Below, piece by piece: positions 1-8,695 of a stretch of DNA of 29,983 nucleotides. The translations under genes and the position numbers were made by a program. Origin of the DNA: an uncultured virus (IMG/VR IMGVR_UViG_3300009503_000024) (taxonomy: Duplodnaviria; Heunggongvirae; Uroviricota; Caudoviricetes); the IMG/VR virus record IMGVR_UViG_3300009503_000024; one strand, written 5' to 3'. Under the pieces are notes generated by a model that saw nothing but the letters and a program-made list of their open reading frames with translations, ran no database searches and was not told where the DNA came from. Numbering within the stretch: position 1 is the first letter of the stretch; each line of letters opens with the position of its first letter.

Positions 1-204
1 TGCTAAATATTCTATTGTATCAGCAATTAGATTTAAAGTTTTTATAGTAGGAATAGGTGCCCCTTCTACCGCTTTATTAACATAATCAATATCATATCTT
101 GTTTTTTTATAATAAAGTATAGGTTCTTTTTTCATATAACCAATTCTTACATTGTTATTATCATAAATTTCAATTTGTGTTGTCGATATTAATGTATCAG
201 CCAT
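1..204 (-). CDS. Hypothetical protein, 5' part only (runs off the left edge)
   Basis: AAAGGAGG RBS then ATG at 204. The frame MADTLISTTQIEIYDNNNVRIGYMKKEP...TIEYLA stays open to position 1. Not in the ORF track. Confidence 0.75.
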   Translation of the reverse strand, partial: MADTLISTTQIEIYDNNNVRIGYMKKEPILYYKKTRYDIDYVNKAVEGAPIPTIKTLNLIADTIEYLA

Positions 205-218
205 AAATAATTCCTCCT

Positions 219-902
219 TTATCTAACAATTTCACCAGATATAGAAACTGAATGATAACCAGTAGAACCATTTTCTAAAACAACTTTAAAAATAGAACCT
301 GCTGGTATTGGTATTTTGGTTGTAAAAATTTGTCCACTCGTAGAATTAGAATTATAAGAATATCTTCTAACTATTGAACCATTTATATAAACTGCCACAT
401 TTCCATTAACTTCACCGGTAACAATTATCTCTGTTAAATTTATTTGATTTGAAAAAGTTGTATTTACAATATTTCCACCTACTGAAGCAACATTAGTGCG
501 CCACGAATTAAAATATAATTTCCCTTTATACATAAAACCATCTCTATCTACCATCGTTTGATTTATAACTGGTATTGCTGTTATTGTTAAATTTGCACTA
601 GCATAAGGTACAGGACCATTTATTTCAACAGCACTTATATAATAAATAGTTGAAATATTACTTGAATCAAATTGAACAGTAGTTGTCACAGAATTAGCAT
701 CAATTTTAGAATTAAGAAAATTTGTAATAAAAGCACTCTTACCATTTACTATAATTGAAAACGTTGTTCCACCACTACGCTGTCTTGGTATCGCAATAAC
801 AGCTTTGTCTGAATAAACATCAACCAATCTTAAGTTAAAATCAGCTGAATAACTAAATGTAATACATGTTAAAAATATTAAACTTAAAATTAACTTTTTC
901 AT
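219..902 (-). CDS. Secreted beta-rich hypothetical protein with Sec signal peptide
   Basis: MKKLILSLIFLTCITFSYSA looks like a type I signal peptide. Start moved to the ATG at 902 because of the GGAGG spacing. The mature part is rich in S/T/N/V/I. Confidence 0.7.
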   Translation of the reverse strand: MKKLILSLIFLTCITFSYSADFNLRLVDVYSDKAVIAIPRQRSGGTTFSIIVNGKSAFITNFLNSKIDANSVTTTVQFDSSNISTIYYISAVEINGPVPYASANLTITAIPVINQTMVDRDGFMYKGKLYFNSWRTNVASVGGNIVNTTFSNQINLTEIIVTGEVNGNVAVYINGSIVRRYSYNSNSTSGQIFTTKIPIPAGSIFKVVLENGSTGYHSVSISGEIVR

Positions 903-917
903 CAAAAACCTCCTTTA

Positions 918-942
918 TTTATTAAATATCTAAAAATAACTA
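918..942 (-). promoter_or_regulatory. Conserved 25-bp intergenic motif, copy 1 (candidate late promoter)
   Basis: Minus strand TAGTTA TTTTTAGA TATTTAATAAA. The TAG is the stop codon of the upstream gene, and an AAGGAGG RBS follows. Confidence 0.65.
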
Positions 943-3900
943 TCTTATCCACCAAAACAATCTGTTTATTTCGTCAGAAGTTTGTTTTATTATTGTAGGA
1001 GTTATTGTAGGTGTAAAAGTTGGTGTAAAAGTTGGTGTAACGTCTATTCCACAATATTCATAACTTAATAAAGAACCATTATAAGAAGCAAGCCCTATAA
1101 CACCTTTAGAACCATCTTGCATTTGAACGGCAAATGCAATATAAGACCTATTATTACACTCTACCACACCACCACTATCACCAATTTGGTTCCAACCACC
1201 TGGAGCCCAATTGCTATAAGGTGGAGCCAAACTAATAGAATAATCATTATCAAATTGCCAATTAAATAAATCATAACTTCTTGTATGATGTATGGGTCCT
1301 GACCAACCTATTCCCAACCATTCATGGTAAAAATCACCAATTTTCTGTAAGTTCCTATTATGAGACCAAATATTGCACATATTTAAATTAAACATTATTT
1401 CTTGCAACGAAACTGGGCTGTAAGGATAAAAAGTATCTCCATTATCCGTTGACCTAAATATCCAAGAATAATAGTTAGGATACATACTGCAAGGTCCAAA
1501 ATTAGAAGATACTTGTAATTCTACAAGAGCAATCCATTCATTATTTCCAACTTTAACAATTCCTGGGTTATAATAACTTACATATTGACCCACATATAAA
1601 GAATAAGGTGCCATAGATGATAAACTTATAGCAGTAGCAGTTAATGAATAAGTATATCCATTATCATAACTATCTGCCCTATCTATATTTCCAGTAGCCC
1701 CATTTTTAAAATAAATTCGTGTTTTTCCATTTCCCATATAAACTTCCCCACAACTAACTGCTTTACTTATTCCTGCTACTCCATCTCCAACTATTACACC
1801 TTGCCTTGTCCAATTTCCGCCAGTAATTGGGTCTAATTGATTCGTTGTATATAAAACAATCCTATATTTTTGTAAAGGGTTATTTTCTTCAGAAACTAAT
1901 AAATGATATTTTTTATCAACAGGATGATAGGTTAAACAAGGTTCCGTTAAAAGCACTATATTTTCTGTTGCATTAGGAGTTAATATAGGACTTGGAACAG
2001 GCGTCCAAACTTTTGGGAATGGTGTTCCACAAACAGTAGGAAATGATGCAACAGGAGTTGGCGTTAATTTATAAGTTTTATAAGGTGTAATTGTCGGTAT
2101 TAAAGTGGATTGACAATTATCTATTAATGGTGGTGAAATTGGTGCTCCATCCTTTAAAAAATGAAGTTGACAAATATATCCCGAAGCAGGATTACCAATA
2201 GTAGAACCATTATACCACATTCCGCCTAAAATTAAATTTGTAATTGTTCCCATTCTTTTACTACCAATAACAAAATATCCTCTATATTTTAAAACACCAT
2301 TTAAGTAAAAATATAAATTTCCACTTTTATCCCATTCCAATAAAAACTCATTCCATTGATTTAATGGAACCTCACTTACTGCTGTTAGCGAAGTTCCAAT
2401 ACCAGAAACATAAGTTAACCAAAGTTGGCGAGATGGACTTAATCCAAGACCCATATTCCCGCCAAGAGTAGAACTATTCCATTGTATAGGACTTTGATTG
2501 CTCGCTGCTTGTGTTATATACCAATAGAAATGAATTCCGCCTGATAATGCATTAGATAAAGCAGAACATAATTCATTGCTAAATTTAATATATGAATTTG
2601 GTGAAAATCCTGTTATTGCATAAGTTCCATTATTTGGTGGAGTAGGATTAAATGTCCAAGTTATATTACCAACTACGGTAGGATTATATCCTAATCCAAT
2701 ACTATTAAAAGAAGGGTTGGTATCAGATGCAATAAAATAACTATCTATACTGTTTAAATTAACACAAGGTGTATTAGTTGGTGTTAAAGTATTAGTTGAT
2801 GTCATAGTAAATGTTAGTGTTAAAGTATTTGTTAGTGTCATAGTAAATGTTGGTGTTATAATATTTGATGGTGTCATAGTAATGGTTGGTGTTCCTTCTA
2901 TGACATTTTCAATTTGTATTTTCCTAATAGCACTTCCTAAATCAGATATAAATGACTTAAATTTATCTATCCATTTAAAATTGTATATCCAATATGAGGA
3001 TGTAGCAGTATAGGTATTACCATCTATCTCACCTACCCAACCCAAATTTGCAGGTTTTGCTGCATTTATGAAAGTAAATAATTGCCCAGAAGAATCTTTA
3101 TAATATTTTACAACTGCATCAGCTGGACTATTATATATAGTCCATAAAGAATTGCCAGTCACATCAGGATGTCTCCAAGATTGCAACATCCATATATCAC
3201 TACAATTGCCACAATTAGTTCCTCCATAAGTTCCAACTGAATTACCTACAAAATCTATAAATTTTCTTTGACCAGCGGATTGATACAAATATGCATGTAA
3301 AGTATTTCCAGGGTCAAAAGACATCGCTTGTGGAGAATTCAGTTTTACAACAGTTGTTAATCCAACACCATCAACATCTCCTGCATTATTTAGTTGCCCA
3401 ACTACTGTTATAACTTCTTTTGTTATAGGATCTAATTTTCTAATACAATGACAAAGCCTATCAACTATATAAATATAAGTTCCGTCTGTTTGAAGTGAAC
3501 GTATTTGACTTTGAAATCTTACAGTAGTAGTTAAACCATCAACACAGCCAAACTGGTTAAAAACACCCGCAACAGTTTCCACCGTATCATTTAAAATATT
3601 CAATCTTTTTATAGTTCCTAAATCATAAAAATAGTAATAATCACCTAAAACTACACCACCAATTGCACCACCTAATCTTGAAGAACCATACACGCCATCT
3701 ACACTACCCCATTCATCTAACCATCCTGCAACTGGCTTTATAATTCCATTTGGATATATCTTTCTAATTGTGCTACCTATACTAACTATAATTGTATTAT
3801 TCCATACATCTACTCCTGCCGAAAATATAGGAACTTTTGAATTTAATATTGCATCTGCTTCATTCCAATAAGCAGAAATACCCATAAATCTTGCAACGGT

Positions 3901-4950
3901 AGAATTGGTTAAATCTGCTTTTTTTATAATATTATTATCCGTATCCCCAATCCAAAGGTATCCATTTTTATATAATAAACCATAAGGATTTTTTAATTTC
4001 ACTGAGTTAAAGGGAACAGGGTCATTTGTATAATTATCTCCAAAAGTTCCACCTATTAAAGTAGAAACTGTTCCTGCTGGTAATTGAACTTTTTGAACTG
4101 ACCTTGAATCAGGCGAAATTACATATATAATATTTGCTGTCTCATTATATGCAAGCCCGTGAGAATTATTATTTACAGATGCGATAGTATAACAATAATT
4201 ATCAGATAAATTTATCCCACGAACTTTATTATTACCATCTACAAAAAATATTGTATTTCCTGAACTATCAACCACTAATCCTCTTGGTGAATTTATCTTA
4301 ACAGTAGTAGTTAATCCAAATCCATCAACATATCCTGCTGACCCAGGGATTCCAGCAATAACATAACTTTCTCGTGTTGGAATATATACTCCTACGATTA
4401 TGTGGTTATTCATATCAGAAACATAAAGAGTATTTCCTTTTAAATCTATATAACGACATTGATTATATCTTGCATTTTCTCCAATACCTCTTACATTTCC
4501 AGAAGTATTAAATCTTCCTGAAAATGAATATACGGAATTATTTGTCATATCATATGCATAGATAAAATGGTAAAAACCATTAGCAAAAAAGATTGTATTA
4601 TAATCATTTGAATATGCTATATCAGTAATACCATTATTTACTCGTGCTGTTATTGAATTTCCTGCTATAAACCAACCATATTCGTAATTACCTAATAATT
4701 TCTCAATAGTTCCATTTTCATAAACTTTATAAATTACAGGATGCGCACCAGGAATAATTAAAGTATTCCCAATAAATTCAAAGCCATAAGCATTTGTCCT
4801 TTGATATGGTCTGCCATATGTAAAATCATCATATTTTAATCCATATCTACTAATGATATATTCAGACAAGATCTGTGCTTGAACTCCCTGCCAATACCAA
4901 TATAATAAAACTAATAGTGATAGTATTATAAATACAATAAACTTCTTCAT
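940..4950 (-). CDS. Large secreted multidomain protein: NHL-repeat beta-propellers, Thr/Pro linker, LamG/ConA-like domain, linker, BNR/glycosidase-like propeller
   Basis: Signal peptide (MKKFIVFIILSLLVLL...VQA-Q). NHL-type repeats (LYVSDMNNHII, AGIPGSAGYVDG, KINSPRGLVVD, LWIGDTDNNIIKK, IYIVDRLCHCIRKLD). TPT-rich linkers. LamG-like VPLNQWNEF...LYFYLNGVL. Asp-box-like RSTDNGDTF, DSYDNGYTY and RSYDLFNW. Confidence 0.75.
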   Translation of the reverse strand: MKKFIVFIILSLLVLLYWYWQGVQAQILSEYIISRYGLKYDDFTYGRPYQRTNAYGFEFIGNTLIIPGAHPVIYKVYENGTIEKLLGNYEYGWFIAGNSITARVNNGITDIAYSNDYNTIFFANGFYHFIYAYDMTNNSVYSFSGRFNTSGNVRGIGENARYNQCRYIDLKGNTLYVSDMNNHIIVGVYIPTRESYVIAGIPGSAGYVDGFGLTTTVKINSPRGLVVDSSGNTIFFVDGNNKVRGINLSDNYCYTIASVNNNSHGLAYNETANIIYVISPDSRSVQKVQLPAGTVSTLIGGTFGDNYTNDPVPFNSVKLKNPYGLLYKNGYLWIGDTDNNIIKKADLTNSTVARFMGISAYWNEADAILNSKVPIFSAGVDVWNNTIIVSIGSTIRKIYPNGIIKPVAGWLDEWGSVDGVYGSSRLGGAIGGVVLGDYYYFYDLGTIKRLNILNDTVETVAGVFNQFGCVDGLTTTVRFQSQIRSLQTDGTYIYIVDRLCHCIRKLDPITKEVITVVGQLNNAGDVDGVGLTTVVKLNSPQAMSFDPGNTLHAYLYQSAGQRKFIDFVGNSVGTYGGTNCGNCSDIWMLQSWRHPDVTGNSLWTIYNSPADAVVKYYKDSSGQLFTFINAAKPANLGWVGEIDGNTYTATSSYWIYNFKWIDKFKSFISDLGSAIRKIQIENVIEGTPTITMTPSNIITPTFTMTLTNTLTLTFTMTSTNTLTPTNTPCVNLNSIDSYFIASDTNPSFNSIGLGYNPTVVGNITWTFNPTPPNNGTYAITGFSPNSYIKFSNELCSALSNALSGGIHFYWYITQAASNQSPIQWNSSTLGGNMGLGLSPSRQLWLTYVSGIGTSLTAVSEVPLNQWNEFLLEWDKSGNLYFYLNGVLKYRGYFVIGSKRMGTITNLILGGMWYNGSTIGNPASGYICQLHFLKDGAPISPPLIDNCQSTLIPTITPYKTYKLTPTPVASFPTVCGTPFPKVWTPVPSPILTPNATENIVLLTEPCLTYHPVDKKYHLLVSEENNPLQKYRIVLYTTNQLDPITGGNWTRQGVIVGDGVAGISKAVSCGEVYMGNGKTRIYFKNGATGNIDRADSYDNGYTYSLTATAISLSSMAPYSLYVGQYVSYYNPGIVKVGNNEWIALVELQVSSNFGPCSMYPNYYSWIFRSTDNGDTFYPYSPVSLQEIMFNLNMCNIWSHNRNLQKIGDFYHEWLGIGWSGPIHHTRSYDLFNWQFDNDYSISLAPPYSNWAPGGWNQIGDSGGVVECNNRSYIAFAVQMQDGSKGVIGLASYNGSLLSYEYCGIDVTPTFTPTFTPTITPTIIKQTSDEINRLFWWIR

Positions 4951-5423
4951 TTCATATCCTCTTTTACTGTTGCAGTCACATATTCTATTTTCGCTATATT
5001 TCCTTTTTTATCCATAATTATATGATCAAAAACTTTACATCCAAACTCTTTTTGTTTTACAATATCAGTCAAAGAACTTCTACTATCTATATAACTTTCA
5101 TAATTTCCTTTTAAAAAATCTTTTAATTCTTTTGGTTGTTTAGTGCCTAGATAACTCATTTCATAATTATCAATATTCAAAGCCATAATAAAATTTTTAA
5201 CGTATGTTTCATCTAGAATAACATTTGAAGTGTGAGTCACCCATTCTATACCAATATAATAATCTTGCGTATTCAAGTTAAAAAACATAAAACAACTAAC
5301 TAATCTTGAGTCTTTTAATTTTTCAGGAACACCACCCCTGAAATAAAAATAATATATATTTTGACAAAAAATAGAAATAACAATAAAAAAAAATATCAAT
5401 ATAAATAAAAATCTTTTATACAT
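4947..5423 (-). CDS. Hypothetical protein with N-terminal signal peptide or membrane anchor
   Basis: Hydrophobic N-terminus MYKRFLFILIFFFIVISIFC; GAGGAG RBS; 4-bp ATGA overlap with the next gene. Confidence 0.65.
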   Translation of the reverse strand: MYKRFLFILIFFFIVISIFCQNIYYFYFRGGVPEKLKDSRLVSCFMFFNLNTQDYYIGIEWVTHTSNVILDETYVKNFIMALNIDNYEMSYLGTKQPKELKDFLKGNYESYIDSRSSLTDIVKQKEFGCKVFDHIIMDKKGNIAKIEYVTATVKEDMK

Positions 5424-5484
5424 TAAAATCTCCTCAAAAACAAAAGTTCCTATATCAACTATCTTAAAAATAAGATTTATACTG

Positions 5485-6108
5485 TTAATTTAAATTTGGA
5501 TTAAATCCATTACCACCTTCATCATTAAAACGTCCTTCTCTTTCCCACCTTTCATTCCTTTCTTTTAACATATCTCTTATTTTTTTCAATTGTTCTTTTG
5601 AAAACATTAAATCATATTCTTCGCCATCTTTTGAAATCCATGGATTTAAATCTATTAACCCATCTTCATCAATAAATAATTCACCTTTATAATATTTATA
5701 ACCTTCATCTACTTTTGAATCAATTATCCCCATAACATAATCAAAATATTCTTCATCTGTTAATTCTACTATTTGATCTTTCATATTTCTATACATTTCT
5801 TGTAAATCAATCAAAGAACCTTCTTCAACTGGGTTTATATCTTTTGCTTTTTTACTTATAATTTCTGCTATTTCTTCATCTGTTTTACCTTCAATAATAA
5901 GTTTTCTAATTTCTTCTAAATTTGCTTTTAAACTTGCTTTAAAATCTTCGTCTTTAACATTAACTTTTTTAAGCACTTTACCACTTTTATCTACTAAAAC
6001 AAAACCTTCTTTTTCAAGCTCCTCTAACGATACTTTCGCTGTTAACATTTCTACAATTTCTTCATCTGTCTTTCCTTCTAAAACCAATCTTCTAATTTGA
6101 TCTTTCAT
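5485..6108 (-). CDS. Acidic hypothetical protein with two EGKTDxEI tag copies (candidate internal head protein)
   Basis: Contains IRRLVLEGKTDEEIVEMLTA and IRKLIIEGKTDEEIAEIIS; GGAGG RBS. Confidence 0.7.
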   Translation of the reverse strand: MKDQIRRLVLEGKTDEEIVEMLTAKVSLEELEKEGFVLVDKSGKVLKKVNVKDEDFKASLKANLEEIRKLIIEGKTDEEIAEIISKKAKDINPVEEGSLIDLQEMYRNMKDQIVELTDEEYFDYVMGIIDSKVDEGYKYYKGELFIDEDGLIDLNPWISKDGEEYDLMFSKEQLKKIRDMLKERNERWEREGRFNDEGGNGFNPNLN

Positions 6109-6141
6109 TGTAAAACCTCCGTTTTTAATTAGATTTTTATT

Positions 6142-6981
6142 TTAACTTTTTGTTTTATATTCTGGATCATTATCATCTGGTTCTGCAAATATTTCTTCAG
6201 CATCTGGAATTTCTTCTTCTTCTCTTTGTGGTTTCCATAAGCCAGCCCAATACCAATATCCACCGTCATTTGGTGTATATTTAGACTCTACATATGTTTG
6301 TGTATTTAAATCAAAATATATTTTATTTTCATCAGCCTCATTTGGTTTTAAAGTTCTAATTTTTTCAGATTTTTCACTTTCAATTATTGAACTTTTTACC
6401 ATATCCTTTAATTCTGGATAATTCCAATAATCAGCATCCCCCTCAAATTTAACTATTGTTTCACCTTTATCATTCTTTTTAATTTGATAATATAATTCAC
6501 CACCATTCTTTTCTATATCTTGCACAAAGTTATCTATTTCTAATTCTAATTTATCTACTTGTTCATCTGTTAATTTTCCATAATTTATTTCGTGTGTTAT
6601 TAATTTAGTTTCTAAATTTTCACTAACATTTGGTAAATAATCCATGGGTGTTGGAAAAACCCCCGATGAATGAAATTCAATACCATATTCATCTTTAATA
6701 TGTTTTATAAAAGCATTTTTATTAGATTCTTTATCAAATGTTTTTCTAAATTTTTTACATAATACTTCTGCACTATCATAATCAGTTATTTGTTCGTTAT
6801 AATATTCTTCTAAAAAATTTTTTAAATCCATATTTTTTTCAACCCATTCTTTATATGCTTCATTATATGCTTTATCAGTATATTCTTCTGAAACTTCATC
6901 TATTATACCTTTTTTAACTGCTTCATTAAAACTTAAATTTTCTTTTTCTTTTCTATAAAAAAGTTCTTTAAAATCTTCCAT
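6142..6981 (-). CDS. Acidic hypothetical protein
   Basis: ORF from the track. The start is probably the second Met (6981), because the first MEDFK copy supplies GGAGG at RBS spacing. Confidence 0.7.
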   Translation of the reverse strand: MEDFKELFYRKEKENLSFNEAVKKGIIDEVSEEYTDKAYNEAYKEWVEKNMDLKNFLEEYYNEQITDYDSAEVLCKKFRKTFDKESNKNAFIKHIKDEYGIEFHSSGVFPTPMDYLPNVSENLETKLITHEINYGKLTDEQVDKLELEIDNFVQDIEKNGGELYYQIKKNDKGETIVKFEGDADYWNYPELKDMVKSSIIESEKSEKIRTLKPNEADENKIYFDLNTQTYVESKYTPNDGGYWYWAGLWKPQREEEEIPDAEEIFAEPDDNDPEYKTKS

Positions 6982-7004
6982 TTTAAAATCCTCCATTTTA
7001 ATTA

Positions 7005-7029
7005 TTTATTAAATATAAAAAAATAACTA
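7005..7029 (-). promoter_or_regulatory. Conserved 25-bp motif, copy 2
   Basis: TAGTTA TTTTTTTA TATTTAATAAA upstream of a GGAGG RBS. Confidence 0.65.
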
Positions 7030-7030
7030 T

Positions 7031-7768
7031 TTATCTTTTTACAATCTTTATATTTTTAAGTATATCTTTATTTTCGAGATCTAATATTACTACACCAGTA
7101 GCTTTTTTTAACAATGGATATATTTCTAATTTTTCTGATCTACTCATTTCATGATTATTTCTATCGTGCCATTGTTTTGATCTACGATGAAATAATGCGT
7201 GCGGTTCCCCATCTTTTTCAATATATATTAATCGATCTTGGCTCAAATAATATTCAGCTTGTTCTCTTTTAAAAATACACCAATCATCGTGATTTTTTTT
7301 ACCTATTCTCATAGCAGCCGGGACTGTTAATATTTCATATATCTTATAATGTGAACCTTTATAATTTGTATCTAATAAAAGTTTTAATCCACTACCTTCC
7401 TCCTCTTTTATAGCTTTTTCTAATTCGTCATAAGATTTATAAGATTCTATATCTTTTTTAAATCCTTTTGGAGCTACTTTTTTTAATTTTTCAAATTGAT
7501 CTAATATTTTATTAACTTTTTTAATATCTTTAGGAAATTCTATACTTCCATCAATTAATCTATTAACTATCCATAACACGTAATCTCCTTTAGTTGGATC
7601 AGCTTCTTTAATTTGACTATAAAGCGTTTTTAAAGCATCTTTACCAAATTTTTTTTCCAAAATTTGCGACGCTTCATTAAATTTAGAATCAAAATCAGCA
7701 AAAATTATTGCTAATATTTCATTATCTGTTTTACCTTCTAAAATTAATTGTCTAATTATATCTCGCAT
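7031..7768 (-). CDS. Hypothetical protein: N-terminal EGKTDxEI tag plus a domain of a type seen in large phages (ADPT..Y..WI / KDI..Y / WC motifs)
   Basis: N-terminus MRDIIRQLILEGKTDNEILAIIFA; internal motifs EADPTKGDYVLWI, KKDIESYKSYDEL and DDWCI. The ATG at 7768 is preferred over the TTG that abuts the RBS. Confidence 0.7.
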   Translation of the reverse strand: MRDIIRQLILEGKTDNEILAIIFADFDSKFNEASQILEKKFGKDALKTLYSQIKEADPTKGDYVLWIVNRLIDGSIEFPKDIKKVNKILDQFEKLKKVAPKGFKKDIESYKSYDELEKAIKEEEGSGLKLLLDTNYKGSHYKIYEILTVPAAMRIGKKNHDDWCIFKREQAEYYLSQDRLIYIEKDGEPHALFHRRSKQWHDRNNHEMSRSEKLEIYPLLKKATGVVILDLENKDILKNIKIVKR

Positions 7769-7791
7769 ATATATATACAACCTCCTTATTA

Positions 7792-7816
7792 TTTAATAAA
7801 TATAAAAAAATAACTA
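7792..7816 (-). promoter_or_regulatory. Conserved 25-bp motif, copy 3
   Basis: TAGTTA TTTTTTTA TATTTATTAAA; the TAG is the stop codon of the transglycosylase gene. Confidence 0.65.
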
Positions 7817-8398
7817 TATGAATTTCTTTATAGAATGTTTTTTATATTTTTTATTTAAAATTTGATATAAATTATAAACATTTTCTATATAATAATAATT
7901 TCTTATTTTACCATGTTCGTTATATCTACATTTACCAGCATTATAAGCAGCAAGTGCTTTATCTATATTACCATCATATTTTTTTAGTTGTATACATAAA
8001 AATTTAATTGAATATTTTGCATTTATTTCTGGCTCTAATAATTCATCATAATTATTACCTTCCCACCCCATATACTTTGCAGTAGAACCTAATAAACAAT
8101 ATTGCCCATAAGAATATTCGCACACCTTATTTTCCCATTTTTTTTGTTTATTATTAACATTACTTTCCCATTTCATTATTGCCAATCCTAAATTTTCAAT
8201 ATTTTCTTTAGTTAAATATTTACTAGTAATATCATTTTTATATTTTCCTAATTCATAATAATCAAAATAATATTGAGTCCATTTCTCGTTTATTTCAATT
8301 AAATTTACAAAATTTTTTATTGTTTCAGAATTATCATAAACCTTTTTTGTAGGGAGAAGCACCAATAAAATTATTAAATATCTAAATAATTTTGTCAT
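7814..8398 (-). CDS. Lytic transglycosylase (SLT domain) with N-terminal hydrophobic segment
   Basis: SLT motifs AIMKWES (catalytic Glu), SYGQYCL..STA, LLEPEIN and ALAAYNAG; N-terminal YLIILLVLLP. Confidence 0.85.
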   Translation of the reverse strand: MTKLFRYLIILLVLLPTKKVYDNSETIKNFVNLIEINEKWTQYYFDYYELGKYKNDITSKYLTKENIENLGLAIMKWESNVNNKQKKWENKVCEYSYGQYCLLGSTAKYMGWEGNNYDELLEPEINAKYSIKFLCIQLKKYDGNIDKALAAYNAGKCRYNEHGKIRNYYYIENVYNLYQILNKKYKKHSIKKFI

Positions 8399-8410
8399 AA
8401 AATTACTCCC

Positions 8411-8677
8411 TTATAATAAACCATCATAATTTACTTTAATTATTTCACTATCATCATTACTTACTTCAATATGACATCTACAATTAACATGAGAATGCTC
8501 AAAAATAGGAGCTTCGTGTTCTAAATTACTTATAAAATCTTCTAAATCCCATTCTTCTCCATTTAAACTTTGACATATTTCACAAGGTTCATCAGAACTT
8601 ATCCATTTTACATATTTAAACCCTTGGTCTAAAAGTTCTTGTAAATATTCTAAACTCTTATCTTTGTGGGGTGACAT
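8411..8677 (-). CDS. Stand-alone phage Mu protein F-like (head morphogenesis) C-terminal domain
   Basis: VKW...PCEICQSLNG and HSHVNCRC match the CxxC...HPNCRC signature of the MuF/SPP1 gp7 family. Confidence 0.7.
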   Translation of the reverse strand: MSPHKDKSLEYLQELLDQGFKYVKWISSDEPCEICQSLNGEEWDLEDFISNLEHEAPIFEHSHVNCRCHIEVSNDDSEIIKVNYDGLL

Positions 8678-8695
8678 AATAATAATAACCGGAAA

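Noticed and set aside
5461..5476. Small inverted repeat ATCTTA-AAAA-TAAGAT
   Set aside because: A 6-bp, almost all-AT stem is expected by chance at this base composition.
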